From NCBI GenBank assembly GCA_951406725.2, contig OX597821.1:46810001-46874000 (forward strand): a DNA stretch of 64,000 nt. Direction: 5' to 3'. This DNA comes from Octopus vulgaris (lineage: Eukaryota). The translations under genes were made by a program, and so were the position numbers. Below the pieces are notes generated by a model that worked only from the letters and a program-made list of their open reading frames with translations, had not been told where the DNA came from and did no database searches. This document shows positions 13,201-26,340 of this stretch, piece after piece. Each line of letters begins with the position of its first letter. The stretch's first letter is position 1.

Positions 13201-13624
13201 CGGACTATGAGAGATTATCATCATAGTCATCATCACAACTATATCCAGCTAATGTTGCTCGAACTGATAGAAATAATATCCAAATCTCATTTAAATCTCA
13301 TTCTTTTGTCTTAAACTAAATTTGTTCACTCATCTGATTTAATACCACCACTTGATCCTCGTGTCCCTTTAGCAGACTCCACTGTTATAAGCATTTGATC
13401 TAGGTCGTTGCCCCACACTAGCTTTAAATAATTTCGGATGTCCAAAGGGTGTGGTGGGATTGTTCCACATTTATGTAAAATATATATGAAACATTGAACG
13501 GTTCTGTTTCTCTATTTACAAAACGACTGGACTCACGGAAAGCTTTTAACCAGATGTCCGGTAGATTATCAATGATCTTCGACTAAACAACATCATTACC
13601 ATATTTTAAAATTTATCTAAATTT

Positions 13625-13970
13625 TATTCTTTTACTTGTTTCAATCATTTGGCTGAGGCTATGCTGGAGCACCGCCTTTAGTCGAGCAAATCGACCCCAG
13701 GACTTATTCTTTGTAAGCCTAGTACTTATTCTATCGCTCTCTTTCACCGAACTACTAAGTTACGGGGGCGTAAACATACCAGCATCGGTTGCCAAGCGAT
13801 GTTGGGGGTACAAACACACACAGACATATATATACAACGAGCTTCTTTCAGTTTCCTTCAACCAAATCCACTCTCAAGGCTTTGGTCGGCCCAAGGCTAT
13901 AGTAGAGGACAGTTGCCAAGATGCCATGCAGTGGGACTGAACCCGGGAACATGTGGTTGGGAAGCAAGCT
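13625..13970 (-). mobile_element. SINE family A
   Basis: Reverse-complement match to 11702-12110. Confidence 0.85.
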
Positions 13971-15151
13971 AACAAAACAAGGCCAACACATTACAGTCTA
14001 AATCAATATGATACCTAATTATCTTTTTTTGTCTCTGAATAATATCAAGATAAACATTGAGTCATAAACAGAACAAACTGTTTGGATATCAGTATTGTAC
14101 ATTTAAGAAACTGGTTTATAAACTTTGTAATACAATGAATTACATAACAACTGCCTGAAAGAGGGAGGACCGGATATTTTTGTAGAGCAATAGTTTTATT
14201 GAAGCTATTGAGAAGTTCAGTGTTTCACAGTTGCTAGTGGCTTCGTCTTCCATGGTGGCCCTTGGAAAACGCAGTTAGGCTCTTCAAAGTGTCACAATAA
14301 AACATACTTCATAAACAATGTTCGTATATACAACAACGCTTTGACACTGAGCGGTGGCACTAAAGAAAAGACAAACGCAACATAAATGACAGCAACTCCA
14401 AAATTAAGAATAAAAAATGAAACATCATCAGGCACCAGACTTAATTCACCCAAAATTTTAACTTCTAAATGATAAAAACTTTGGAAAGTGCTTATTAAAA
14501 TGAACCAGAAACCACTTGTTGCCTTTGCACAAATTTCACTTCATCTTCAATACAAATACACTTTCTAAACCTACAAGCCACTCAACGCATACAGCACATA
14601 TCTATGCACGACTAAACGTAATTGCATCATTTGTAGCTTGCATAACTGCACGGATTACTCGGATAAGCTAACAAATTTCTTGGCTGGACTTTTCACAGGC
14701 CTAACTTCAAACAAGTTGAAAGTAATTCAACCAGTACCCACAATCATTGAAGGCCAGTAATTTTGAGGGTGGAGTAAGTCGATTACATCAAGCCCAGTGC
14801 TCAGCTGGTACTTTCAGAAGCATTAACAAAACTAGCCACTACGCTTTCTCACCACACAGAGACCATCACAGATTGTAGCACCAGTCTCTCTATTGTTGCA
14901 TATCAGTTAAGGAAAGTCAAAGCAATTCTGTGAAAAAGAGTTACTTCTTAACATCCAACCCGAATTCACCTTCAAGTACAGAAACTGCTGACTTTCCCTT
15001 TGTAAACAATATATGTCGATATATGTATGCGTGCATATACTTGTATTTGTCTATATATCTGTACACAACAATTTATGCATGTACATACATTTGTAGGTTT
15101 GAGTTCATGAAATTTGTATGTGTAAGAATACATACACATACACACACTTAC

Positions 15152-15184
<33 letters not shown>

Positions 15185-16144
15185 TGTATGTATGTATGTA
15201 TGTATGTATGTATGTATGTATATGTGTGTATGCGTGTGTAGCGCGTGCGTGCACAAATCTCTGAGTGTATATGTACATTCCTCGGCATGAGTATCTATGT
15301 TTGTGTGTGCATGAGTGAGAAGTTATATATATGGATGGTGTGATGTGTGCGTGTCTGGGTGTTCACGTGTGCAAATATTTAAATCAGTAGTTTTTATCAG
15401 TCCTGGAATTATACATGTGTGTGGTTAAACATATGCATACTGTGTAAAAATCTGTTCATTTTTTACACGTGCATCAATGTATGTGCATGTATTGTATACA
15501 TGCTCATGTATGTATATATGTACGCATCTCGATCTGTAGATATTGACAACTAAATACTTGATCAGATCCTCTTGAAATATCAACAGGTTCTTCATCAGTG
15601 TTTTTTACAATCATTTTTTTTAAGACTGCCTGTACGAGCCTTTGGTGATGATCGCTATGGATGTTTTACTACAACCAATCTTAGTGAAATTATATCATGC
15701 TGTCACGCAAGCGAAGGGGCACACTGAACAATGTAGCTAAGACAAAAATCTGGATTCGTTTTTGACAGGGAAACCTTTTAATCATAGCTTTGCTTGACTG
15801 TGTCTAATTTGAGACTACAACAAAAACAATAAATGTTTCCTTAACAATGTCATGCTTAACTTCTTCACTATTACGACCAATTGGACTGGGTCAATAGCGA
15901 TTAAAGAGGGCAAAAATTATTTGAGATTCTTCTTTATTACTAAAGTCAGAGATAAATAATTATGATATAACTAAAAACTGAGTGATTGCTTTCCTATGTA
16001 CTACATATGATAAAAATTACATTGTGAGCGTGACGTATGAACTGTCTTAAAGCAACGACGAAGTCAGTTATAGATGCAACAACTCTTCGGGCGATCGAAA
16101 GCATATCGCAAACTAATACAAACTATTACTTATAATGATGACAC

Positions 16145-16350
16145 TTTCTAATTTATGCACTACCAAAAATTTTGAGGAGAGGCGATGTAGTCGATACCAT
16201 TTACCCCACTACTTGACTGGTACTGTATCTTTCCCTACACCCGAAAGGATGAAAAAGGAAAAAGACATCAGCGAAATTTGAACTCTGAAGGCTCAGTTTT
16301 GGAAAAGATACTGCAAAGCATTTTTTCCGGCATGCTGACAATTCGCCGTC
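16145..16350 (-). mobile_element. SINE family B, diverged copy
   Basis: Contains ccgaaaggatgaaa...gcgaaatttgaactctga...agcatttttt. Confidence 0.6.
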
Positions 16351-17106
16351 TTACGGCTACGGAAAGCTTATAATAATTTCTAGTTTTGTCACCGAGCCAG
16401 ACAGTAATGGATGAGGAGATCAATATAGTTGAATGAATCTCCGTAATCACTGGTTTTCATTATTCTGTTTTTTGACCCATGAACACATGCGAACTCAGAA
16501 GTGAAAAGTACTTAACAACATATTGTATTTTCCACATTACATCACATTTGTCATGTAACAGTAATGTATTCTTACAATGACACACGAAATAAAAGTTGGA
16601 GGCGAGACAATGGGACGATAGAATCAGGCTACCAATATACAACTGGTACTTCAATTACCAATCTCCAGAAAAGGTGGTGTGTGTAAGAACACGAAGTTGA
16701 CTTCACCATGATTTGAAATCAATATATCAAGATAGATATCTAGATTCAGCGAGACATTTTAACTCGTGGCAAGAGGTAGCGGACAAGCAATACGGTTTTA
16801 ATTTCAAGGTGAAGCAATTTTCACTTCGATAATGACCTTGTGCGCGCGCGCGTGCGTGTGTGTGTGAGTGTGTATGTGTGTGTGTGAGTGCGCGCGCGTG
16901 TATACAGACACCCGATCTATATATAGCGCACAAGCGGGGAAGATGGCTGAAATTACAGTCCAATATGTCACGATGGTGTCCCACTGGAAATTGAGGGTCA
17001 AGACTCAAGCACGTACACACATACAGACACACACACGAGAGAGAGAGAGGGGGGGAAAGAGAGAGAGAGAGAGAGTGAAAGTCGGATAGCGAGGTATATC
17101 GAAAGA

Positions 17107-17164
<58 letters not shown>

Positions 17165-17474
17165 CAGACATATAGTTTGTATGTGTGTGTGGGGGTGGTT
17201 ATATATAACGAAATGATTAAAAAAAAGTATACACTGTATAATCTGAAAAAGAAGGGGCATATGCATAGTATAATAATAGCAATAATGATAACGATTTCTT
17301 TACAAAAGTAATTTCAAAATCAAACAAGAGCAAGAACGAAACAAAGAAAAGAAAGATTGGAAATAAATTCGACAAAAGAATGTAATGTAGATTGGCAGAA
17401 CGTGTGATCGATACACAGCAACCTGTTAGCAGTACATTCCTACAAGCTACGATGTGTGCTTGCATGTGTATGTG

Positions 17475-17559
<85 letters not shown>

Positions 17560-17652
17560 ATATAATCTCTGGATGTTTCTGTCTTTGTCTCTGTCTCTCT
17601 CGCCCTCTCTCTTTTCCCTCTCCTTCTTCCTTTCCATATCTGTCTGCCTGTC

Positions 17653-17711
<59 letters not shown>

Positions 17712-18253
17712 TATCTCTGGCTGCCAGGATGCTGACTGATCTAGTTTTATGATTGGCAGCAAAGTCGGTGAAAGGCCGGCTTTTAGCTTTGTAGTCGTAC
17801 GAATAGTAATACTTGTGGAGGTGGTCGAGGTGGTGGTGCTGTTGGTGGTAATAAAGCGGTAGTAGCCGTGTAGTATTGGTAGCAATAGTACAAGGGTAGC
17901 AGCTGCAGTAGTGATTGTTGTTGATGCTGTTGGTGGAGGTGGTGTTTTCCTCTTACTCATTCTCATTTTCCCATTTGATGCTTGATATTTTGATATTTCA
18001 TTGTCTTTTTCACTTTTTTTTAAAACTTTTTTTCCGGTCGATGGATTAGGAAGAGTTTGGGTAGAAGACAAAGTAGGAGGAGGGAGAGTGGGTAAGAGAT
18101 GTAGAAGGCAGATAGTAGGGGATTGAGAGAGAAGGAGTGAGAGTTCAATAAGGAATGCTTTCCAAAACCACAGTGCACCAGTTCTCTCTTATTAGTTACA
18201 GAGAGTAATTTAGTGGGGTAGAGAGGGAGAGAAAGGAAAGACATTGTGTGAAA

Positions 18254-18289
<36 letters not shown>

Positions 18290-18327
18290 AAGAAAATAGA
18301 AGGAAAGAAAGAAAGAGAAAAATACAT

Positions 18328-18572
18328 AGGAATATGGCTGTGTGGTAAGAAGCTTGCCTCTCAACCACATGTTTCCGGGTTTCAGTCCTTCTGCACAACA
18401 CCTGGGGAAAGTGGCTTCTAACCTTGGACCAATCAAAATAATGAGTAGATTTAGTATGCAGAAATGTTTGTGTGTGTGTGTGTGTGTGTGTCTTTGTGTC
18501 TGTGATTGTCCCCTATCCTCTTAACTTAGCAGTTCGGTAAAAATCCCCGATAGAATAAGTACCACGCCTTAA
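18328..18572 (+). mobile_element. SINE family A, diverged and partial
   Basis: Head tggctgtgtggtaagaagcttgc, plus acttagcagttcgg...cgatagaataagtac. Confidence 0.7.
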
Positions 18573-18640
18573 AAATCAAGCCAAGGATGATTGCGTGTGT
18601 GTGTGTGTTTGTGTGTGTGTGCGTGTACACATATATGTAT

Positions 18641-18675
<35 letters not shown>

Positions 18676-18910
18676 AACAAGAGACAAAAACGACTCAATT
18701 AGCCACTAAAATCATAACCCTTAATAAGTTGAGGAAAGAGGGGGAAGAGGGAAAACTCCCTTCTGTGGTGAGACAAGCTCACAAGTGAGGTAGCATATAT
18801 ATCCATATCACGTGATTTCGAACTATGGTGCATTACATCTTGTTGCAAACAATGCTGGTTCTATTTTGTACACTTGTTTATTATATATATATATATAAAC
18901 AAGGGTACAA

Positions 18911-19143
<233 letters not shown>

Positions 19144-19250
19144 ATGTTTGTGTGTCTGTGATAATCCTTCTACCAGCGTTTGAAAATCGATTTTGGTGTC
19201 TTTACGTCCCTGGTTCGGCAAAAAAGAATGAAGGAATATATATATATATA

Positions 19251-21000
19251 TGATGGATTCTCTTGTCGTGAACGACAAATGACGGTTCAGTAAAATAAAA
19301 CATTAATCATGTTTTATGGACACGAATGTTTCTCTTGAGACCTGCTGGTGTCTTCCAGACCTTTTAGAAAATGGAACATGTTGAGGACTCAGTTTGCTTG
19401 AGTGCTTATGGATCATTCACTATGTTTTATTGAGTGGACGGCAAGGCCTGCTTTGCTTCGTACAGGTAAGGTTTCCATTTAGAGCAGCGTTTTGACAGCG
19501 TGCCTTCATGCTTGCATGGAGTTGGTCCTGATGTAGGACTTAGCTCAAATCTTTGAACTGAGGAGTAGCAGGACTTGCGCCAGGTCCTGCATTTTGATGC
19601 CTTGTTTTCCCAGGAAGAAAAGGGAATGTTGCATCGCTTCAGATTGTCTTTTAGTTTGTCTTAGAAGCCTAAGAATAGCCTCCCAACTGATCTTCCTGCT
19701 GGGGGTTGGCCAAAGAAGAGTTGCTTCTGAGAGATGACCTGACCATCTAAGCTGCATTTTGATGAGAATGGCTTCAATGCCTGATATGTTGCCTTTTGTT
19801 AGTGCCTCACTGTTATGAATATGGTCACTCGGTTTTTATGTTGGAGATGGTACGGAAGCATCGCACATGAAAAGCATTAAGCTGGTAGGTGTGCTTTCGG
19901 TACAGAATCCGGAATTCAGAGCACCATAAAGCAATGATGTCAAGACCACCGACTTGTATGCATCACCTTCGGGACTGTTCCAAAGCCTGTGATAAAGCTT
20001 ACCGAAAGCAGAGCTAATCTTCCTAATTCTGAACTTAATTTCTTTATCCATCTTAGCAACACTTGACACAATGAAACCAAGATAAGTAAAGAAAGAAACA
20101 TGTTTTTGATTCTTTCACCATCAATATATACAGAAGGAGCAACAGCGGGAAGATGGTCACGAATGAGTTGATGGACAATCTGTTTTCTTGATGCTGATAT
20201 CAGAACAAAAGCCTTCGATGTATGCGAGAAGTTGTTTAGAATCCATTGAATCTCCTCATGAGTGTGTGCTACAAGTGCACAATCGTCTGCGAAGAGCAAA
20301 TCTCGAACTGTTTGTACCAAAGTCTTAGTTTTTGCTTCGAAGTTCTTTGGGTTGAACAAACTATCACCAGTTCTATAATCCGTTGTTGACACCCTCGAAC
20401 GTTGTTTCCAACATGAAAGAAAAATACAGAGCAAATAAAAGCGATGCAGGAACACAGCTTTGTTTTGTCCCACTTGAGACTGTAAAGGAAATGGACATTT
20501 CCTCGCTTGATTTGACAAAAACCATCATCCCTTGATGGAAAGAAATGATGACTTTGAGCATCTTTTCGAAAAGACCTACCTTCCTAAGGACAAGCCAAAA
20601 GGCAACCCTAGATACGGTGTTGCAAGGTTTTTGTTAGATCTACAAAAGTGACAAAAAAGGTCTCGATTGTGCTCAAGAGCTTTTTCCTGCAGCTGCCTTG
20701 GGCTAAATATCATATCCACTGTGCCACTACCAGCTCGAGATCCACACTGAGATTCAAGCAACACTAAACTGGCAAGGGTATGATGTAGTCTGTTTGAGAT
20801 AACCCTTCCAAGGAGCATCCCAACAATACACAAAAGGGAGTTACATCTACGGTTGTCACGTTCACATTTTGTTGCCTTTGTACTTATAAAGATGGACAAT
20901 AGAAGCGACTTGAAACTCCTGTGGGACTGATCCTGATTCCTAGATTAAGGACAAGAGTTCACATAACCTGTTCAGCAGGAAACTGCTACCGCATTTATAT
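19251..21000 (-). mobile_element. RTE-clade LINE, 5'-truncated, defective reverse transcriptase
   Basis: Fragments LESQCGSRAGSGTVDMIFSPRQLQEKALEH, GTKQSCVPASLLFALYF, RDLLFADDCAL (YADD equivalent), SSAFGKLYHRLW and QLRWSGH lie in different frames. The 3' end ttgtcgttcacgacaagagaatccatca runs into (TA)n. Confidence 0.93.
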
Positions 21001-21456
21001 ACGATCGTTTCCAGACGACTTTCCATTAGTTAGGTCGGAATAAAATGCACATACACCAGTTATAGACGAATACCAACCTTAGTACAGAAGTACCGGCAGA
21101 ATGATATTCGGGTAATGCATGCAGTTAAACTGGACCCAATTGAGTATATAATCCGTTCTTGAGCTATTCAGACATGTAGATTTTATTGAACATACAATCT
21201 ATAATATATTCCGGAATACGCAAGAGGTATATTCCGAGATAACTGAATTAAAAATAAATAAGTAACAATTGATGGACAGGTATCAATTCATTGCTAACGA
21301 ATTTTTTAAAATTGATTAATGAGTACATCATATCATTATGAAATAACCGGTTTTTTTTCTTCAGATGAATACATGAATTTTATAATCAAGAACATTTAAA
21401 ATAATTCAAAATGCTTGGCACATACATCTTTAGTGATTCCACGACTGACATTTGCC

Positions 21457-21534
<78 letters not shown>

Positions 21535-21547
21535 GTATATGTATATA

Positions 21548-22771
21548 TTAGGTTCGCCGGAAAGTTCTGAGCGTTTTTAAGCTAAATCTTTTAATCCTAT
21601 TTGAACATACCAGGAACGTAACAGAGTTAAAATTTTGGCGTTGTTTGTAGTGGTAGTGCATCTATTTTTTTTTCCTGATTTAAGATAGATTTAGCTTTGA
21701 TTCTGATCACCCTTCATTGACATTTGAAATGGATAACCAAAAATTTCATATTCCCGTTGTAATGCTTTTCTTCTTTAAAAAAGGGGAGAAAATGCTGCAA
21801 AGACTTGCAAATACATTTGTGAAGTTTATGGTGATGATGCTGTAGGTGAATCAACTGTTCGAAGGTGGTTTGCAAAATTTAAAGCTGGAGAGTTTAGCTT
21901 GGGAGATGACAGTTGCAGTGGGAAACCTTCAGAATTGGATGAAGATGTTTTGAAGGCAAAAATCGAAGAAAACTCAAATATCATGACTAGAGAACTTGCA
22001 GAGTAGTTGGACGTTTCTAAAATTACGATTCATGAACACCTAGTGAAGCTAGGATAGATTTCTCGCTATAATGTATGGGGCTCTCAAAAACTCTCACAAA
22101 AGAGTTACTTGGACCGGTATTCCGTTTGTGATACGTTTATGTTTTGAAACGGAATGAAAGCATGCCTTTTGTGAAGCAACTTGTGAGTGGAGACGGAAAA
22201 TGGATTATATACGAAAACATAGTGCAAAAGAGATCCTGGAGTTTGCGTAATGATCTCCCAAAATAGCAGCCAAAGGCGAATAACCATGCCAAAAAACAGT
22301 TATGCGTTGTGTTTGGTGGGATCATAAATACGTTACTTATTATGAGCTTCTCCCACAAAACCAGACCATTAATTCTGTCATCAGCTGACTAATTTGAATC
22401 CCCAAAATCAAAGAACTGAAGCCCGAGATTGCCAAGAGGAAAGAGTAGTGTTCCAACAAGGCAGTGCCCGACCACATGTGTCTTTGGCTACATGAACTTG
22501 GGCAGGATCTCTTACCCCATCTACCATATTCTCCAGATATTGCGCCATCCGACTGCTACGATTTAGCCGGAGTCAAAGTGCGTCTATATAACCTTTTTTC
22601 TTCAAAACCAGTGAAGTTTTATGCTGATTAAATATTTAAATTGCCTGACGTATGAGCAAAGGTTATGAAAAATAATGGAAATTATTTCATGGAATAAATT
22701 TATTGAAAGATCAATTAATTATATCCCTTTTTCCATATCAAAGAATGCCCAGAACTTTCCGAACAACCTAA
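21548..22771 (+). mobile_element. Mariner transposon with both TIRs, transposase pseudogene
   Basis: Left TIR ttaggttcgccggaaagttctgagcg (preceded by TA) versus the reverse complement of the right end, ttaggttgttcggaaagttctgggca. From ATG 21729 it reads MDNQKFH...ICEVYGDDAVGESTVRRWFAKFKAG...VSGDGKWIIYEN...PYSPDIAPSD, with frameshifts and stops. Confidence 0.93.
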
Positions 22772-22799
22772 CATATATCTTAATCGGAGTATATCACTC

Positions 22800-23095
22800 A
22801 TTTTGAATCTTATAAAAAGCCAACTGTTTGCAGCTCTATCCCCCCAATGCTAGGTGAGACAACATGTGTGATGTGCAAAAAGATCTACAAATCAATATCT
22901 GGTGTCAAAATGCATATGAGGGTGCATAAGGATTACATCCCACAAGTTGACCCAATAAATCCAGTAGAGGGCACATCTTTATCTCTGTCACATTTGCTGC
23001 AGACCGTGCAAATCTAATGCTGGACGGATGTTTGGAGCTGATGATGGTACATGGGAAGACGGCAACCATCTGTAAAGATGAAGCAATCACCAGCA
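22800..23095 (+). mobile_element. Probable RTE-clade LINE 3' tip with C2H2 finger remnants
   Basis: TCVMCKKIYKSISGVKMHMRVH (C-x2-C-x12-H-x3-H), then a frameshifted LCHICCRPCKSNAG. A short 3' UTR ends in (TATG)n. Confidence 0.6.
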
Positions 23096-23191
23096 TGTAT
23101 GTATGTATGTATGTATATATATATGAATGCATGTGTGTATGTATGATGTATGCATGCATAAATATATATATATATATATATATATATGCGT

Positions 23192-23223
<32 letters not shown>

Positions 23224-24054
23224 TATATACACACATATAACATATGATCGGCATAGGTAACAGCTCTACCCATTCGATATCTTTTAAGCCAGAAACTTTT
23301 CAGCAAGCCGCTCGTACATATATATGCACACACGCGCGAGAGAGGGGGAAAGAACGAAAGAGGAGGAGAAACTGAGAGACAAGAGACAAATAGAGACGGA
23401 GTAAGAAAACTACATACCTATCATCGTCATTTTTGTCTGTGTTTGATATGTCTGTATGTATGCACAGGTGTGTTTATTTGTGTACTTAATATGCGTGCGC
23501 GTGCATGTGCGTGCGCGTGCATGTGCGTGCGCGTGTATGTCTCCATGATGGTGAGAGTGTACGTATATTTCAATAGATGCAATGTGCTGATGAGAAATCA
23601 GGTCTTTCTCGCTTTCTCACTCAACTCTTTGCAATCCATTTCCGCATTTTCAATCTCTCTTGTCAGTTCAGACCTGATCAGACAGACGTTAATGATATCC
23701 CAATAGCGATTACCTGCTTTTTATAGTAGACAAGGGTGAATTCTATTGTGTCGTTCATATTTTGAAATGCCTTATCCGAGAAAGATGTATACGGGATGAA
23801 TTCGTTTTTTATCTATTGCGTAATGATCCGAAACGTACGAAAATATCCGTAGTTCGACTGAATGCTAATACAAGCTAGCCAGTACTTACTCCATTTACAG
23901 CGATACATGGCTAACATTGACGAGGAAGATACAGTATACGGCTACTTCGGGCAAATTGTTATGTATTATGTCACTCATGTTAGATCTCATGTTATCCCTA
24001 AAGCTGCACCAACAACATGAAAACTTTAATAACTATCATTCTACTGAAATAATG

Positions 24055-24260
24055 GTTTCAAATTTTGGCACAAGGCCAGTTATTTTTTAAGTGAGAGAGT
24101 TGATTACATCGACCCTAGTACTTGACTGATAGTTATTCTATCGACCTCGAAAGGATGAAAGGATGAAAGGCAAAAATCGACCACGGCGAAATTTGAGCTT
24201 CGAACGTAAAAGCTTTGAAATGTTGCTTAGTAGATTGTTCGGCTCTGTCAGCTCGTCGCA
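24055..24260 (-). mobile_element. SINE family B
   Basis: Tail tttggcacaaggccag and core atcgacctcgaaaggatgaaagg...gaccacggcgaaatttga. Confidence 0.75.
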
Positions 24261-24531
24261 CTATCCTGCAAAAATAATCGAGGTTAACTGCACTTTCAGG
24301 AATACAAATGCATTTCTTTTCAAATCAGTAATTTAATTGGAACATTATCATCTATGAAGCAGAAGTCACTCGCAGGAAACTAAGTATTAATATCAGGCGT
24401 AAAAAGTGTGTTGGTATGATGGAAGGTATAAAAACTCAGAAGTACATTAGCCATACTTTTTCCTTCGGAAATAGCAAAAACAAAAATGGGATGGTATAAA
24501 AACTATTTAACTATACCTGGACTTAAAGAAT

Positions 24532-24918
24532 GGATGGAAGCACTCCGTCGGTAACGACGGCGAGGGTTCCGGTTGATCCGATCAACGGAACAGCCTGCTC
24601 GTGAAATTAACGTGTAAGTGGCTGAGCATTCCCCAGACACGTGTACCCTTAACGTAGTTCTCGGGGATATTCAGCGTGACACAGAGAGTGACAAGGCCGG
24701 CCCCTTGGAAATATAGGTACAACAGAAACAGGAAGTAAGAATGAGAGAAAGTTGTGGTGAAAGAGTACAGCAGGGATCACCACCATCCCTGCCGGAGCTT
24801 CGTGGAGCTTTAGGTGTTTTCACTCAATAAACACTCACAACGCCCGGTCTGGGAATCGAAACCGCGATCCTACGACCGCGAGTCCGCTGCCCTAACCACT
24901 GGGCCATTGCGCCTCCAC
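24532..24918 (-). mobile_element. tRNA-derived SINE family C, full length, RTE-like tail, 11-bp TSD
   Basis: Sense head ggaggcgcaatggcccagtggttagggcagcgg...ggtttcgattccc (A/B boxes). 3' end ccctcgccgtcgttaccgacggagtgcttccatcc. TSD acttaaagaat at 24521-24531 and 24919-24929. Confidence 0.9.
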
Positions 24919-25568
24919 ACTTAAAGAATACGGTACTACTGTAAGCATCAAGTGAAACATCTTCGAAAGATGAAATCTATAGAAAAATACAATTAAAACC
25001 TTTAAATACCTTTAAAAAAATTATGCAAAAGTGAAAAGTAATTCAAAGAACTTAATGAAATCGTGGACTAGTGTCGTCACTTGGGTTAATACTTGCTAAA
25101 ATATTGACTGAATGGATTAAAAGGAAAAAAAAGACGAAAAAATACCCCCACTTTGACAGAGAACAATCCCGTACTCTTGCTTAGTCATTAATGAGTTATA
25201 TATATCTAGTATATGTCAATTATACTGTCAATTATTGCTGCAGATATATTATCACAATATATGTGCGTGTGTGTGTATAAGTACACATGCATGTCTGTGT
25301 CTACACATGCGCACGCTCTACTTGGTTTCATCCAGTTGGGCAATAGCCAAAACATTACTTTGTGGTGTAACTCGGCGTATCTATGTATCTACATATATAC
25401 ATATGAACAGGGTACAATGCTTGCGTAAAAGTGCACGTGATTATGCAGACATGTTCTTACAAACATATACGAATAATTCCGTGTATGTATATAAGTCTGG
25501 CATTCGCCATGATAGATCGCTAGCCCCTACACATTCTTTATTTTCTCTCCTTGTTTCTGTCTGTGTTC

Positions 25569-25604
25569 CTTTCTGAGGAAGAGCGTAGGCTCGAAATGTT
25601 AAAG
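25569..25604 (+). ncRNA. Minimal type I hammerhead ribozyme motif (Penelope-terminal-repeat type)
   Basis: CTTT-CTGAGGA-A-GAGC-gtag-GCTC-GAAA-TG-TT-AAAG. Helix I is CTTT/AAAG, the core is CUGANGA plus GAAA, helix II is GAGC/GCTC, and helix III is vestigial. Confidence 0.72.
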
Positions 25605-25746
25605 ACTATTTCACTTCCCGAGCGTTAAACTAATACATCTGTTTGTTGTCTACACCACCTGTCTTCGTATTTTGATTTTTTGTGAATTCTCCCTATATAT
25701 ATATATATAACAGCTTTTGTTATATTTCTGTTGCTTTTAACTAAAG

Positions 25747-25819
<73 letters not shown>

Positions 25820-26305
25820 ATATATATGTGTGTGTAAATACACACACACTCATTCGTGAGTGTGCGTGCGAGCGTGTGTGTTGTGTGTGTGTGTGTGTAT
25901 GTGTGTGTATATGTGTGTGCGTAAGGGTGAACAAACGTGACTAATCGCTAAAAATATTTTCTACCGATCTATATCAGTTTCAGGTTAACGCAATTAATAA
26001 ATTGCTAATTCCAAAAATAGAGATAAAAATAAACTATCGATACCGGCTCAATAGATACTCTGATCCCACCTATATGTACCTTTCTTTATGTATCTATCTC
26101 TCTATTATATCCCTCCCTCTTTCACTCTCTCTCTCTCTCTCTCACACACACACAAATACACATTGTTATTTATGTAGACTGTTTAAATGTCCAGAAAACC
26201 TCTCATATATACCGTTAGGCATTACTATGCGCGTACATATATACAGGTGTGTCTATACAAATACATATATGGCCTTTCACCTATTATATTAACTTTTACA
26301 CCTTC

Positions 26306-26340
<35 letters not shown>

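Noticed and set aside
17217-18071. Longest ORF in the track (284 aa)
   Set aside because: It is held open by (GA)n, (CA)n and low-complexity tracts, and shows no recognisable domain.
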